Assembly (NCBI GenBank): GCA_046570105.1
Contig: JBKHVI010000015.1
Location: 1-50,701, forward strand
Source: Bacteriovoracia bacterium
Lineage (GTDB): Bacteria > Bdellovibrionota > Bacteriovoracia > Bacteriovoracales > Bacteriovoracaceae
Length of the DNA: 50,701 nucleotides
Direction: 5' to 3'
The position numbers and the translations under genes are program-made. Positions 30,797 through 39,978 of the stretch are shown piece by piece. How positions within the stretch are numbered: the stretch's first letter is position 1; each line of letters begins with the position of its first letter. The notes beneath the pieces are model-generated. The model was not told the origin of the DNA and did not search any database. It saw only the letters and a program-made list of their open reading frames with translations.

Positions 30797-31140
30797 TGGA
30801 TATCGAAGATTTTAAAACTACTCGATTTAATGTTTTAGGCCAAGGCACTCGTATTAAAGGTGAGTTTCATTTCTCTGGTCGTAGTTCCGTCAGCGGAGAG
30901 ATCGAAGGTCAATTGATTGCCTTAGAAGGAAGCTATCTCATTATTGAAAAGACGGCCCATGTGCGTGGAGATATTCAAGCTTTTGATATCGAAGTCCATG
31001 GTATCTTCGATGGAACGATCAATGCTCGCGGTACTCTTTCGCTAAAACCTGGCAGCGTCGTAAGTGGACAAATTAAAGCTGCACACCTGGTGATTTATCC
31101 AGGGGCACAGCTTAATTCGGAATGTGAGTCAGGGATTTAA
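30796..31140 (+). CDS. Bactofilin (polymer-forming cytoskeletal protein, CcmA family)
   Basis: VLGQGTRIKGEF...GEIEG...AHVRGDIQA...VHG..DGTI...VSGQIKA..LVIYPGA beta-helix pattern. Confidence 0.88.
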   Translation: MDIEDFKTTRFNVLGQGTRIKGEFHFSGRSSVSGEIEGQLIALEGSYLIIEKTAHVRGDIQAFDIEVHGIFDGTINARGTLSLKPGSVVSGQIKAAHLVIYPGAQLNSECESGI

Positions 31141-32495
31141 AGTAGTGTCTCAGGCTTAATAATTTGTACACGACGAATCTTAGTCAGTGGCAATTCAAGT
31201 GATGGATCACCTACAACCACAATAACTAACTCATCCCATGTAAATAGTTTGCCAACAGCATCGGCAATCTCTCGCGCTCCCAGCTTTTTAATCTTTTCTG
31301 GAAACATATAGAGACTCTCAAGTGGCTCCTCGACATGATCTAACATGGCAAGTTGCGAGAGAAATCCATTTGATCCTTCAAATCCGAAAGGATAATGACC
31401 GATCACATAATTTCTCATGTGATCCACATTTTCTGGTTTGATTTTCGTCGGATCAGTATTTTTCTGCAAAATATCTTTGATGACTTTAATGGTTTCAACC
31501 ACAGTTTCATTTTTAGAAAAAGTACTAATTCCAGCTCGGCCATACTCCGCTTGAAGACTGACATAACTTCCGACGGAATAGGTAAGGCCACGCTTCACTC
31601 GAATTTCTTGTATGAGTTCAGCGGTAAATCCTCCACCCAAATAATCACTGGCAAAACTCAAGCGCTCATCAGGATCGACGGCCTCAGCTGAGGCCAGGTA
31701 GCGACCAATACGAATCTGCGCCTGGTTAGCTCCAGGAACTGGAACGAAGAATAAGCGATGTCCCATTGCTGAAAGTGGATTTCTTAAACGGAAAGATTGC
31801 GTCCCGCCCACCTTCCATCCGCACTTTGATAAGAAATTATCTTTAATGAAAAGTGCTTCGCGAGGGCCTTTAATATAAAACCGTTTTGGTGCTTCATCTC
31901 TTAACTGCGCCCAACGTGTCTTGAGTCCTTCTGACTGTAATAGTTCAAGAGAGGCCAGATTTCCCTCTACCGCTTGTTCATAGCTTGAGCCCTTCATCAG
32001 AACACTTCTGAAAGCTCGCTCGGCCAGTGCCGAATGATTAGACGGTAAGTTTCTCAATTGAGTGATAGAGCGCTTCTTATGAGGCACCAATTCACTACGC
32101 GGATAATTGGCTTCTTTAACCACATGACAGAATTTTTCAACTACAGCTGGTAAGTCTTTTACCAATGCAGAGAAACTTAGCATGCCATATTCATGAGTCA
32201 CACTGTGATTGAAATCGACTCCGTAGAAATCAAAAAACTCACTCAGCTTTTTCTGATCTAACTTATTAGTTCCCGAAAACAACAAATCAAAAGCCGCTTG
32301 TGTGCGCCCAGCTTCTTTTTGGTTATCACGAAGGGCCCCATCTCCAAAATAAATACTGATGGTAGCCTTTGGAAAGCGTCCGTCATCAAGCCAGGTCGTT
32401 TTAAAGTCTCCCCACTGAAGACGATTAATTTCTGACTTTCTAAAATCAGCTGAGATCAGCAATGAACAAAGGGCCAAAAGAATAATTTTTAACAT
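31137..32495 (-). CDS. M16 peptidase family, non-catalytic subunit
   Basis: LGGGF..ELIQEIRVKRGLTYSV motif; no HxxEH motif. Confidence 0.85.
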   Translation of the reverse strand: MLKIILLALCSLLISADFRKSEINRLQWGDFKTTWLDDGRFPKATISIYFGDGALRDNQKEAGRTQAAFDLLFSGTNKLDQKKLSEFFDFYGVDFNHSVTHEYGMLSFSALVKDLPAVVEKFCHVVKEANYPRSELVPHKKRSITQLRNLPSNHSALAERAFRSVLMKGSSYEQAVEGNLASLELLQSEGLKTRWAQLRDEAPKRFYIKGPREALFIKDNFLSKCGWKVGGTQSFRLRNPLSAMGHRLFFVPVPGANQAQIRIGRYLASAEAVDPDERLSFASDYLGGGFTAELIQEIRVKRGLTYSVGSYVSLQAEYGRAGISTFSKNETVVETIKVIKDILQKNTDPTKIKPENVDHMRNYVIGHYPFGFEGSNGFLSQLAMLDHVEEPLESLYMFPEKIKKLGAREIADAVGKLFTWDELVIVVVGDPSLELPLTKIRRVQIIKPETLL

Positions 32496-32498
32496 GGT

Positions 32499-33890
32499 CT
32501 ACTCCGCTTTCACTTGAGAATTAACAAGCTGTTCATTTTTATCCCAAACCGTTACCCAAACATGAACTGGGTTGGCGAACATCTTTTGGCAGGCCGCTTT
32601 CACTTCTTTCAGACCTAATTGTTGATAAATCTGCAGCTCGCGACGATAGTAGGCCCAATCTTGATAGAACGCTTCACGTTCACCCAGAAATTGCGCTAAA
32701 CCTGCTGAGGTATCGAGACGATCAAACAATCCTGCTTCGTACTGATTTTTTACTTTCTTTAAATTTCTCGCCGTCACCGCTGTTTGGCATGATGACTTTA
32801 ACTCTTTAATGAGTTTCTTTTTAAATACTTTGGGATCCTGGCCACGCATCATCTCGCCACTCACCATAAAAGCGCCCGCTTTCTCGAGAGTATAATTTCC
32901 GGCGTAGATACTTGAAACCAACGGACGCTTGCTAAGAGCAAACTTTTGGATCAAGTGCGAGCTTTTTCCGTCACCCAAGATTGAACTTAAAATATCTTGG
33001 GCATAAGCCTCGGCATTGCCGACAGGGGCAGCGGGATATGAAAGCATAAACATCGGTACAGTAGAATTACCATAAAGATTCGTTTCAACAGGTTCTTTAA
33101 TTTGAATATCAAATGCGGAAGCAGGAACTGCTGCGCGAGAATCGGCTGGTACCGGAGAAGCCGCGAGCTCGGCAAAATGTTTTTTAACCAAATCCTTCAC
33201 ATTTGATGTCTTGACGTCACCGACCAAAACTAATGTGACATTATTAGGGGCATACCATTGACGATAGTATTTATAGATCTGATCACGTGAAACAGACTTT
33301 AAATCTTCAATGTCTCCGATAACTGATGTGCCATAAGGAGTGCCTCTAAAGAGTTCTTCCATCATGCGAAGATAGAGTTGTCCGCGAGGTGAATTTTCAT
33401 AACGCATTTTGCGCTCTTCCAAAACCACTTGGCGCTCTTGTTCGAATTCATTTTTTTTAATAACCAGATTCACCATGCGATCAGCTTCCACACCCAACAT
33501 TAAATCAAGGGCCGTGGTAGGCATGTTCTCGTGATAAACCGTCATATCATTACTGGTGTAGGCGTTGGAGCTGCCGCCATTACCTTCCACCAAATAATCA
33601 AACTTGCTGGCCGACATATTCTTGGTGCCCTTGAACATTAAGTGTTCAAGGAAGTGGCTGGCGCCGGTAATCCCTTTGCGCTCATCCTTCCCCCCTACCT
33701 TGTAAAACATATAGAGTGAGAAGACTGGCAGTCGATCATCTTCCAGCACGACAACCTTCAGACCATTGTCCAAAGTAAAACTTGCGACATCGAGCTTCAA
33801 AGGATCGGGCAAAGATTGGGAGGGACTTTTTGGTCCCATTGCACAGGCACTCAGCAATAACAAAGCAAAAAGACTAGAGATACAACGCAT
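32499..33890 (-). CDS. M16 zinc peptidase, catalytic subunit (lipoprotein)
   Basis: LDNGLKV, HFLEHLMFKGT, NAYTS, VLEERKMR; lipobox LSAC; start moved to ATG 33890. Confidence 0.9.
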   Translation of the reverse strand: MRCISSLFALLLLSACAMGPKSPSQSLPDPLKLDVASFTLDNGLKVVVLEDDRLPVFSLYMFYKVGGKDERKGITGASHFLEHLMFKGTKNMSASKFDYLVEGNGGSSNAYTSNDMTVYHENMPTTALDLMLGVEADRMVNLVIKKNEFEQERQVVLEERKMRYENSPRGQLYLRMMEELFRGTPYGTSVIGDIEDLKSVSRDQIYKYYRQWYAPNNVTLVLVGDVKTSNVKDLVKKHFAELAASPVPADSRAAVPASAFDIQIKEPVETNLYGNSTVPMFMLSYPAAPVGNAEAYAQDILSSILGDGKSSHLIQKFALSKRPLVSSIYAGNYTLEKAGAFMVSGEMMRGQDPKVFKKKLIKELKSSCQTAVTARNLKKVKNQYEAGLFDRLDTSAGLAQFLGEREAFYQDWAYYRRELQIYQQLGLKEVKAACQKMFANPVHVWVTVWDKNEQLVNSQVKAE

Positions 33891-34092
33891 GTAGGCCCTC
33901 AACGGTGATAGGAATAAACATGTTATTTTACGCCCGAACCTCCTCTGCGATCAACCTAGACAGAATAGGCACTGCGTTGCAAACCTGTGAAGACACTCAA
34001 GTATTTTCACACCCTCTAGTAGCTTTCCAAAAGCTTGGGTAAGATGGGCGCAAAACTAAATCAGGCGTCTAGCGCCCTTAAGGAGTCTCTCC

Positions 34093-35211
34093 ATGAAAAT
34101 TGCTATTCCTAAGGAAATTAAAAACAACGAAAACCGAATTGCTATTGTACCAGGTGGCGTGCGCCAACTTGTTCAAGATGGTCACGAAGTTTTCGTCCAG
34201 AAAAATGGTGGTCTTGGTATCGGTATCACTGATGAAGAATACATCAAGGCCGGAGCGAAAATTCTCAACACGCTTGAAGAATGTTTTGCTACGGGTGAGA
34301 TGATCATCAAGGTTAAAGAGCCTCAGCCAAATGAGATCGCGCTCCTAAAGCCTCACCATATCCTCTACACCTATTTGCATCTTGCTGCTGACAAGCCTCA
34401 GACTGAAGGTCTAATGAAGTCTGGCGCGACTTGTATCGCCTACGAGACAATCCAGCTTGAAGACAACAGCCTTCCTCTTCTCGTTCCTATGTCAGAAGTC
34501 GCTGGTCGCATGTCAGTACAAGTGGGCGCTACTTACTTGCAACTTGATAAGGGCGGTAAAGGAATTCTCTTAGGCGGCGTCCCAGGTGTTCGTCGTGCCA
34601 AGGTGACCATCATCGGTTGTGGTGTTGCTGGAACAAACGCTGCAAAAATGGCGATCGGTATGGGTGCAGACGTTACACTTATCGATCTTTCTACTAAGCG
34701 CTTGGCCGAGCTTGATGATCTGTTTGAAAATAAAGTGAACACAGTATTTTCTAACTCACAGAATATTGAAGAATGTGTGATTCACTCTGATCTCGTCATC
34801 GGGGCAGTTTTGGTTCCAGGCGCGAAAGCACCGAAGCTTGTGACTCGCGATATGATTGCTAAAATGGGTAAAGGCTCAGTCGTTGTTGATATCGCCGTTG
34901 ACCAAGGTGGCTGTATCGAAACTTGTAAGCCGACCACTCACGAAAACCCTACTTTTATGGTTGATGGAGTTGTTCACTATTGCGTGGCCAATATGCCAGG
35001 TGCCGTAGCAAGAACCTCAACTTTTGCTTTGACCAACGTGACCCTGAAGTACGCACGTATGATTGCTGGCATGGGTGTTGATAAGGCCATCATGAAAGAC
35101 AAGCCATTGCGCCTAGGCGTGAATATCTACAAAGGAAAGCTGGTATACGAGCAAGTCGCCCGTGACCTCGACCTTCCTTACACTCCGCTTGCTCTCGATA
35201 AGTATCTTTAG
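34093..35211 (+). CDS. ald: Alanine dehydrogenase
   Basis: [37 protein letters not shown] and HYCVANMPG motifs. Confidence 0.96.
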   Translation: MKIAIPKEIKNNENRIAIVPGGVRQLVQDGHEVFVQKNGGLGIGITDEEYIKAGAKILNTLEECFATGEMIIKVKEPQPNEIALLKPHHILYTYLHLAADKPQTEGLMKSGATCIAYETIQLEDNSLPLLVPMSEVAGRMSVQVGATYLQLDKGGKGILLGGVPGVRRAKVTIIGCGVAGTNAAKMAIGMGADVTLIDLSTKRLAELDDLFENKVNTVFSNSQNIEECVIHSDLVIGAVLVPGAKAPKLVTRDMIAKMGKGSVVVDIAVDQGGCIETCKPTTHENPTFMVDGVVHYCVANMPGAVARTSTFALTNVTLKYARMIAGMGVDKAIMKDKPLRLGVNIYKGKLVYEQVARDLDLPYTPLALDKYL

Positions 35212-35247
35212 TCTTTTCCGGTCGTGGTTCCGTGTTAATATGGAACC

Positions 35248-35718
35248 ATGACCGGTAATCCTTTATTCGACAAAATTCTCTTAGGTGCCAACGGTGCGAT
35301 AGTTCTACTCGCTGCCGGGTTAGTCTTTTTTTCTCACACCAAAGTAAAACCACCCCCAACAGATGTTCCTGGCGAAGAACAAAGCTTACTAGATACCGCC
35401 ATAGCAGAGTCACAGTTAAAGCCACACGCCATGAAACAGATGACGGTGAATTTGTATTCTGAAGGAACTCGTCTTCGTTATTTGAATGCCGAAATGAACT
35501 TAGTTCCTTTCAAGCAAACCGATTTGGAAATTTTAAAGGCTAACGAGCATATTGTTAAAAACGAATTGATTCGTATCGCTGCAACCATGACGCCTGATGA
35601 ATTGGGTTCTATCACTGGCAAAATTCTTCTCGAATCACGTCTAAAAAAAGCCGTGAACGAAAAGCTTAATCAACCTCTGATTAAGAGTATCTTCTTTGCC
35701 AAATTCTTAGTGCAGTAG
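35248..35718 (+). CDS. fliL: FliL-family flagellar basal-body-associated protein
   Basis: N-terminal TM; TVNL..RYL, GKILL, IFFAKFLVQ. Confidence 0.8.
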   Translation: MTGNPLFDKILLGANGAIVLLAAGLVFFSHTKVKPPPTDVPGEEQSLLDTAIAESQLKPHAMKQMTVNLYSEGTRLRYLNAEMNLVPFKQTDLEILKANEHIVKNELIRIAATMTPDELGSITGKILLESRLKKAVNEKLNQPLIKSIFFAKFLVQ

Positions 35719-35768
35719 AGTGGAAGTGTCGTCCTACTCCCTTTCGAGAGTAGGATGAAATCGGAAAA

Positions 35769-35942
35769 TTACTGACGAGTAGCAGAGGCTTCAGACTCAA
35801 GAGCGACAGCTTTATCTGTGTCGTCTGGGAGGCCCTTAAGCATTTTCTGGATATCTTCTTTAGTGATTTTTCCTTCAGCAAGAAGGCGGTCGCGCAAACG
35901 AACATCGAGTAGCTTTTCTTCTAGGGCAAGGCGTAATTTCAT
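35769..35942 (-). CDS. Small hypothetical protein, 57 aa (MKLRLALEEKLLDVRLRDRLLAEGKITKEDIQKMLKGLPDDTDKAVALESEASATRQ)
   Basis: Manually translated; GAGG SD upstream of ATG; fills the gap downstream of the rhomboid gene; below the ORF-track cutoff. Confidence 0.75.
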   Translation of the reverse strand: MKLRLALEEKLLDVRLRDRLLAEGKITKEDIQKMLKGLPDDTDKAVALESEASATRQ

Positions 35943-36004
35943 GGGTTACCTCTCGTTAAGACGGCTAAACTAACAAAAGCTTTAAAAGCTGTCTACACTG
36001 ACGC

Positions 36005-36727
36005 CTAGTGCCAATACTTAGGTTTATCATCGTCGCCCTTAACCAGACGAAGATGCTGCGAGTCACGCTTCTTTCCACCCTTTTCACTGGCACTCGATTC
36101 CTTAAGCCACCAACGAATCGGCGTCCAGGTCTGGTGGCGAATGAGCAGAAAGGCAATTCCCATGGAGAACAGATGGCCCCAAGAAGCAGGGTTACCTGAG
36201 AACACTCCAATATACAGCTCAACTCCCGCCATTATGAGGCAGAACCACTTGGCCTTAACTGGGAAAGCAAACATCAGCAAAAACTGACGTTCAGGATAGA
36301 GAACAGCGTAGGCGGTACACAAAGCATAAGTGAAGCCGGCACTGCCAACTAGCACTCCTCCACCGAGCCAAGTTCCTCGTAAAAATAGGACAGCAAAAAA
36401 GAGGTAAACCAGGCCTGCGAGAAAAATACTAGTGAAGAGAAATTTTAAATAAACACGTGGGCCCCACTGGCCTTCTAGCTCAGAACCTAAAAACCAAAGC
36501 GCAAGACCATTAAACATGACCGCCATCAATTGAGTTTCGACCCAAGGATAAGTCACTAAAGTATGCAGTCTCAGTGGAAAGGTAGCACCAGGTAGCAAAC
36601 CAAACCATTGCACGAGTGAAAACCACCCGAGTGCTTGGCCAATGGAGTGAATTAAAAACAAACTCACCAACGTGATCAAGAGAACTTTATTCACTTTCGT
36701 AAGGGGTGGTGCTTGAAAACTACTCAT
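36005..36727 (-). CDS. Rhomboid-family intramembrane protein
   Basis: LVTYP, FNGLALWFLGSELEGQWG and WGHL motifs; multiple TM helices. Confidence 0.8.
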   Translation of the reverse strand: MSSFQAPPLTKVNKVLLITLVSLFLIHSIGQALGWFSLVQWFGLLPGATFPLRLHTLVTYPWVETQLMAVMFNGLALWFLGSELEGQWGPRVYLKFLFTSIFLAGLVYLFFAVLFLRGTWLGGGVLVGSAGFTYALCTAYAVLYPERQFLLMFAFPVKAKWFCLIMAGVELYIGVFSGNPASWGHLFSMGIAFLLIRHQTWTPIRWWLKESSASEKGGKKRDSQHLRLVKGDDDKPKYWH

Positions 36728-37145
36728 GACTTCTTCCTGTCGAGATTTCGATCAATACCCCACCCGTCGATTTAGGATGAATGAAATTGACCATACAACC
36801 GCCGGCCCCAGGGCGAGCAACGGGATAAATAAAACGATAACCTTTAGCTTCCATTTCTTTTTGCTTGGCCGCCACATCAGCGACCTTAAAGCAGAGATGA
36901 TGAAGGCCTTCACCTTTAGTGGCAATAAATTTTCCAATCGGAGTATCAGGCCCGGTGGGTTCTAAGAGTTCAACATGAGCGTGTTGATCGATCGGAGCAA
37001 ACGCCGTGGTGACACCTTGGTCTGCGACGAGTTCGCGCTTAGCTTCAAATTTTAAACCGAGATCTTCCCAGATCTTGATGCGATCAAGTGAACTCACCGC
37101 AATAGCGATATGATCAAGCAGACAGTCTTTAAGTTCGGGAAGCAT
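36720..37145 (-). CDS. mce: Methylmalonyl-CoA epimerase (VOC family)
   Basis: DHIAIAV, QGV, VELLEP, GEGLHHLCF and FIHPKSTGGVLIE motifs. Confidence 0.9.
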   Translation of the reverse strand: MLPELKDCLLDHIAIAVSSLDRIKIWEDLGLKFEAKRELVADQGVTTAFAPIDQHAHVELLEPTGPDTPIGKFIATKGEGLHHLCFKVADVAAKQKEMEAKGYRFIYPVARPGAGGCMVNFIHPKSTGGVLIEISTGRSHE

Positions 37146-37189
37146 AGCGATCCTCCGGGGCTTATTATGCCTTGGAAGATCTCAGGAGG

Positions 37190-39232
37190 CTAGAGATCTG
37201 GTGGGTCAATAGCGTCAGCACATGCGTCTGGTGCATTAGGATCGAAGCTTGGATTTAGCCCTGGCGGAGGTGGCTGACAGACACCGGCACGGCAGTCACC
37301 AAATTCTTGTGAGTTGTAACAGCGCTTAGCACAAGTGATATTTCCTTGAGGGTCAGTACCCGTTTTCACAATATAGCAGTTAGTCACGTTGGACTTCTGA
37401 CACCATTCTTTAGCAATACAGAATTGCCCATACGGCTTGTTACACAAGACCGGTGGATCAAGACGATTGTCATGAACACTGCATCGGCCAGTTGAGGTAT
37501 TACAGCATAAGCTTGAACACTCAAAATCAGACGCACAAGCGGCACCAATCGGAGAATTCCCCACCGTCGGTGCTTGCTCTACACATTGAGTAACTAAATC
37601 AGTACTCCAACAACGTTGGTTATAACAACACTCGCCGCTGCCACACTGATTTGAATTGCTGCAAGATTTGAAATTGCTATAAAGATACTCTTGGTTTTCA
37701 CCAGAAATTTGCGTTGGACGCACTAACTGCAAAATAACCTCTTTGGTTTCTGCCATGACAATGTCGACACCCTCATCATTGGTGGCGAGAATTTCAATTT
37801 TTCCTGAAGCATTACATGAACCGATGTGCTCACCTTGGAAGTTCACACTTTGCACGCGAAGGTTACAGCCATCGACTAACTCAGTGGCACCACCTGATGC
37901 TTGTGTCGCGACATCTTTCGTATTGAGATTGGCCTGCTCAGTTTTCAGATACTTCACGTTCGTTGGCAGATCCATATAGGAGAAGCGCGGGAATTGTTTT
38001 GAGATACTCAAAGCTGCCGAGTCCATTTTAGTTGCAAATGAACTACCCGGCATAACCATCTCTAGGGCCGAGAGCGGTGAATCAGATTCAAATAGACCAT
38101 ATGGGCTGAAGACAGCTTCACCCGTCACTTCCCAATTGGCCGCGTTGATCGGCTTAAATGGACCATGGTACTTGAGTGCCTGAGTGAACAGTGCGGTTCC
38201 GCCGGCATCACGAAGTACGAGATTTTTTTGCTGATTGAATAATTCAAAGAATAGATCTTCTACACCAGTGGCCGACGTGGCATTGGAAACACCGCTGGCA
38301 ATCCAAGTCACAGGATAAGTCGGAGAACCCACTTGCTTATCTGGCAAACAGCGATTCATCAAAGTGTCTGTACTCTGATGATAGTAACCGCGCTTATCAA
38401 CGGTTAAATCGATTTGTGGTAAAGTAGGAAAGACTGTTGTTTCAGTCGCGCCACTTACACGCGTAAGTGCGCGGTCAACCACTTTGGCATAAGTATAAAG
38501 ACAGCGCTCTTCTGGATAAGCAGTCCCGTTAGCATACTTACCATCACAAGCACCTTGACCATTAAAAGTCGGATCATCTTGTAAACGTAATCCACGGCAA
38601 TAAAGATGCGGATCACGGTTAGTTTCTACCGGATCAGCAATTGTGGTCGGATCAAGCGGATCAGTCGGTTCGTAATCACGATAGTCGTACAAATCATAAA
38701 TCAAACGTTGGTCATCAAATGGTTTATTTCGCAGATCCATGACGAGCACATCAATCTCAGTATTCGGTGTAATACCCGGCGCGCGTGCGACTGTCGCAGG
38801 TACCGTCACTTGTTCACGTGAAACACCAAAGGTGAAGCGTACTTTCACGAAACGATTCTGGAGTGAGTTGATGTTGATCCCACCTAAGTACAACAGACCT
38901 TGGTAGTTTTTTGGAAGAGTCAGTTTACGAACATAGGAGCCAGCACCCGAGAGACCGGTGCCGGTATAATAACTTGGATAATCACCTGTCGTGATTTTAG
39001 GTTCGACGAGATTTCTGATTTCAACTTTCGGAGCAACAGCAGTCGCACCACCACTTGAGCCTGAAGTGGTGCCCACACCTACTCCACCACCCGCCCCTGA
39101 AGTCGTACCAGGTGCTACGACTGAGCCCGGCAACTGTCGATTGGGAACTGTTTCGGAAATACACGCGGAAAGACCCAAGCACATGGCCAGCATCGTTGCG
39201 GTATGTTTGAAAGAGTTTTTCCAGAATTCCAA
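37190..39232 (-). CDS. Large lipoprotein with Gly/Thr linker and Cys-rich C-terminal repeats
   Basis: Lipobox LSAC; repeated C-x4/5-C-x3/4-CC-x4/6-C modules; GAGGAG SD before TTG start. Confidence 0.82.
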   Translation of the reverse strand: MEFWKNSFKHTATMLAMCLGLSACISETVPNRQLPGSVVAPGTTSGAGGGVGVGTTSGSSGGATAVAPKVEIRNLVEPKITTGDYPSYYTGTGLSGAGSYVRKLTLPKNYQGLLYLGGININSLQNRFVKVRFTFGVSREQVTVPATVARAPGITPNTEIDVLVMDLRNKPFDDQRLIYDLYDYRDYEPTDPLDPTTIADPVETNRDPHLYCRGLRLQDDPTFNGQGACDGKYANGTAYPEERCLYTYAKVVDRALTRVSGATETTVFPTLPQIDLTVDKRGYYHQSTDTLMNRCLPDKQVGSPTYPVTWIASGVSNATSATGVEDLFFELFNQQKNLVLRDAGGTALFTQALKYHGPFKPINAANWEVTGEAVFSPYGLFESDSPLSALEMVMPGSSFATKMDSAALSISKQFPRFSYMDLPTNVKYLKTEQANLNTKDVATQASGGATELVDGCNLRVQSVNFQGEHIGSCNASGKIEILATNDEGVDIVMAETKEVILQLVRPTQISGENQEYLYSNFKSCSNSNQCGSGECCYNQRCWSTDLVTQCVEQAPTVGNSPIGAACASDFECSSLCCNTSTGRCSVHDNRLDPPVLCNKPYGQFCIAKEWCQKSNVTNCYIVKTGTDPQGNITCAKRCYNSQEFGDCRAGVCQPPPPGLNPSFDPNAPDACADAIDPPDL

Positions 39233-39252
39233 TCGAGTCTCCTCAATGAAAC

Positions 39253-39280
39253 TTATCGTCCTAAATCCTTAAGACTTTTA
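39253..39280 (-). promoter_or_regulatory. Candidate sigma28 (FliA) promoter
   Basis: Minus strand TAAA-N16-GACGATAA, 20 nt upstream of the lipoprotein start. Confidence 0.6.
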
Positions 39281-39307
39281 GACTTACCTCTATTCTAAGG
39301 GGGGGAG

Positions 39308-39329
39308 AAAAAAGCTCCCTTTTGGGAGC
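39308..39329 (-). terminator. Intrinsic terminator downstream of the asparaginase-like gene
   Basis: Minus strand GCTCCC-AAAA-GGGAGC followed by TTTTTT. Confidence 0.7.
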
Positions 39330-39382
39330 CTAAGCTACCGATAGTTCGAAATAGTAACTGAGCAAGCTGCCCAGTTTTTCAC

Positions 39383-39904
39383 TCACTCGATGGCCTCAAA
39401 GGTGCCTTTCTGGCGATTCTTCCTAAATCCGGGCACTGAGAACAGTCGGCCATGAAAAGTCACCCAGTAGCCTGGGGTCAGCATATGGGCCGCAAAAATG
39501 GCTTCCACCACATTCTGAGTAGCATCGGAATCGTCAAATCCCATCGGCTTCATCGCTCCGGTCAACACCACCGCCACCTTGGGTTTATGGTGTTCAAAAC
39601 AATAACTGGCGGTCACATCCATGGTGTCGGTGCCATGGAGAATCACAATGGGAAAACCTAGTTTTTCATGCTCAGCGATTGAGTCACAAATAATTTTGCG
39701 GTCATCCTCATCCATATACAGCGAGTCCTTCGCCATCAAGGATTTCACCCGAATATCGGTGTAAGGCAGACGCAGTTTTTGCAGGATTTTATTCTTAATA
39801 ATGGTATCGCGATTCTGCAGTGTGCCTTCATTCTCATCGTAGATTTTTTCGATGGTTCCGCCAGTGGTCAAAATTGTGAGCGGTCGAACATCATTTATTG
39901 CCAT
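39383..39904 (-). CDS. Asparaginase-family protein, N-terminal catalytic domain only
   Basis: TTGGTI, HGTDTM and VLTGAM motifs; 173 aa from ATG 39904. Confidence 0.85.
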   Translation of the reverse strand: MAINDVRPLTILTTGGTIEKIYDENEGTLQNRDTIIKNKILQKLRLPYTDIRVKSLMAKDSLYMDEDDRKIICDSIAEHEKLGFPIVILHGTDTMDVTASYCFEHHKPKVAVVLTGAMKPMGFDDSDATQNVVEAIFAAHMLTPGYWVTFHGRLFSVPGFRKNRQKGTFEAIE

Positions 39905-39978
39905 AGGCACCCTTGACTCCCGGGGAGTCGTCTCCATATTGTTTGACACAAATTTACCACATTGTTTTGGAGGACTCC

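Noticed and set aside
35681..35905. 74-aa minus-strand ORF
   Set aside because: Overlaps fliL; the 57-aa ORF in another frame has the SD and a better composition
39913..39978. Extended, overlapping N-termini given for htpG and the asparaginase-like gene
   Set aside because: Downstream ATGs (39979, with a GGAGG SD, and 39904) remove the head-to-head overlap
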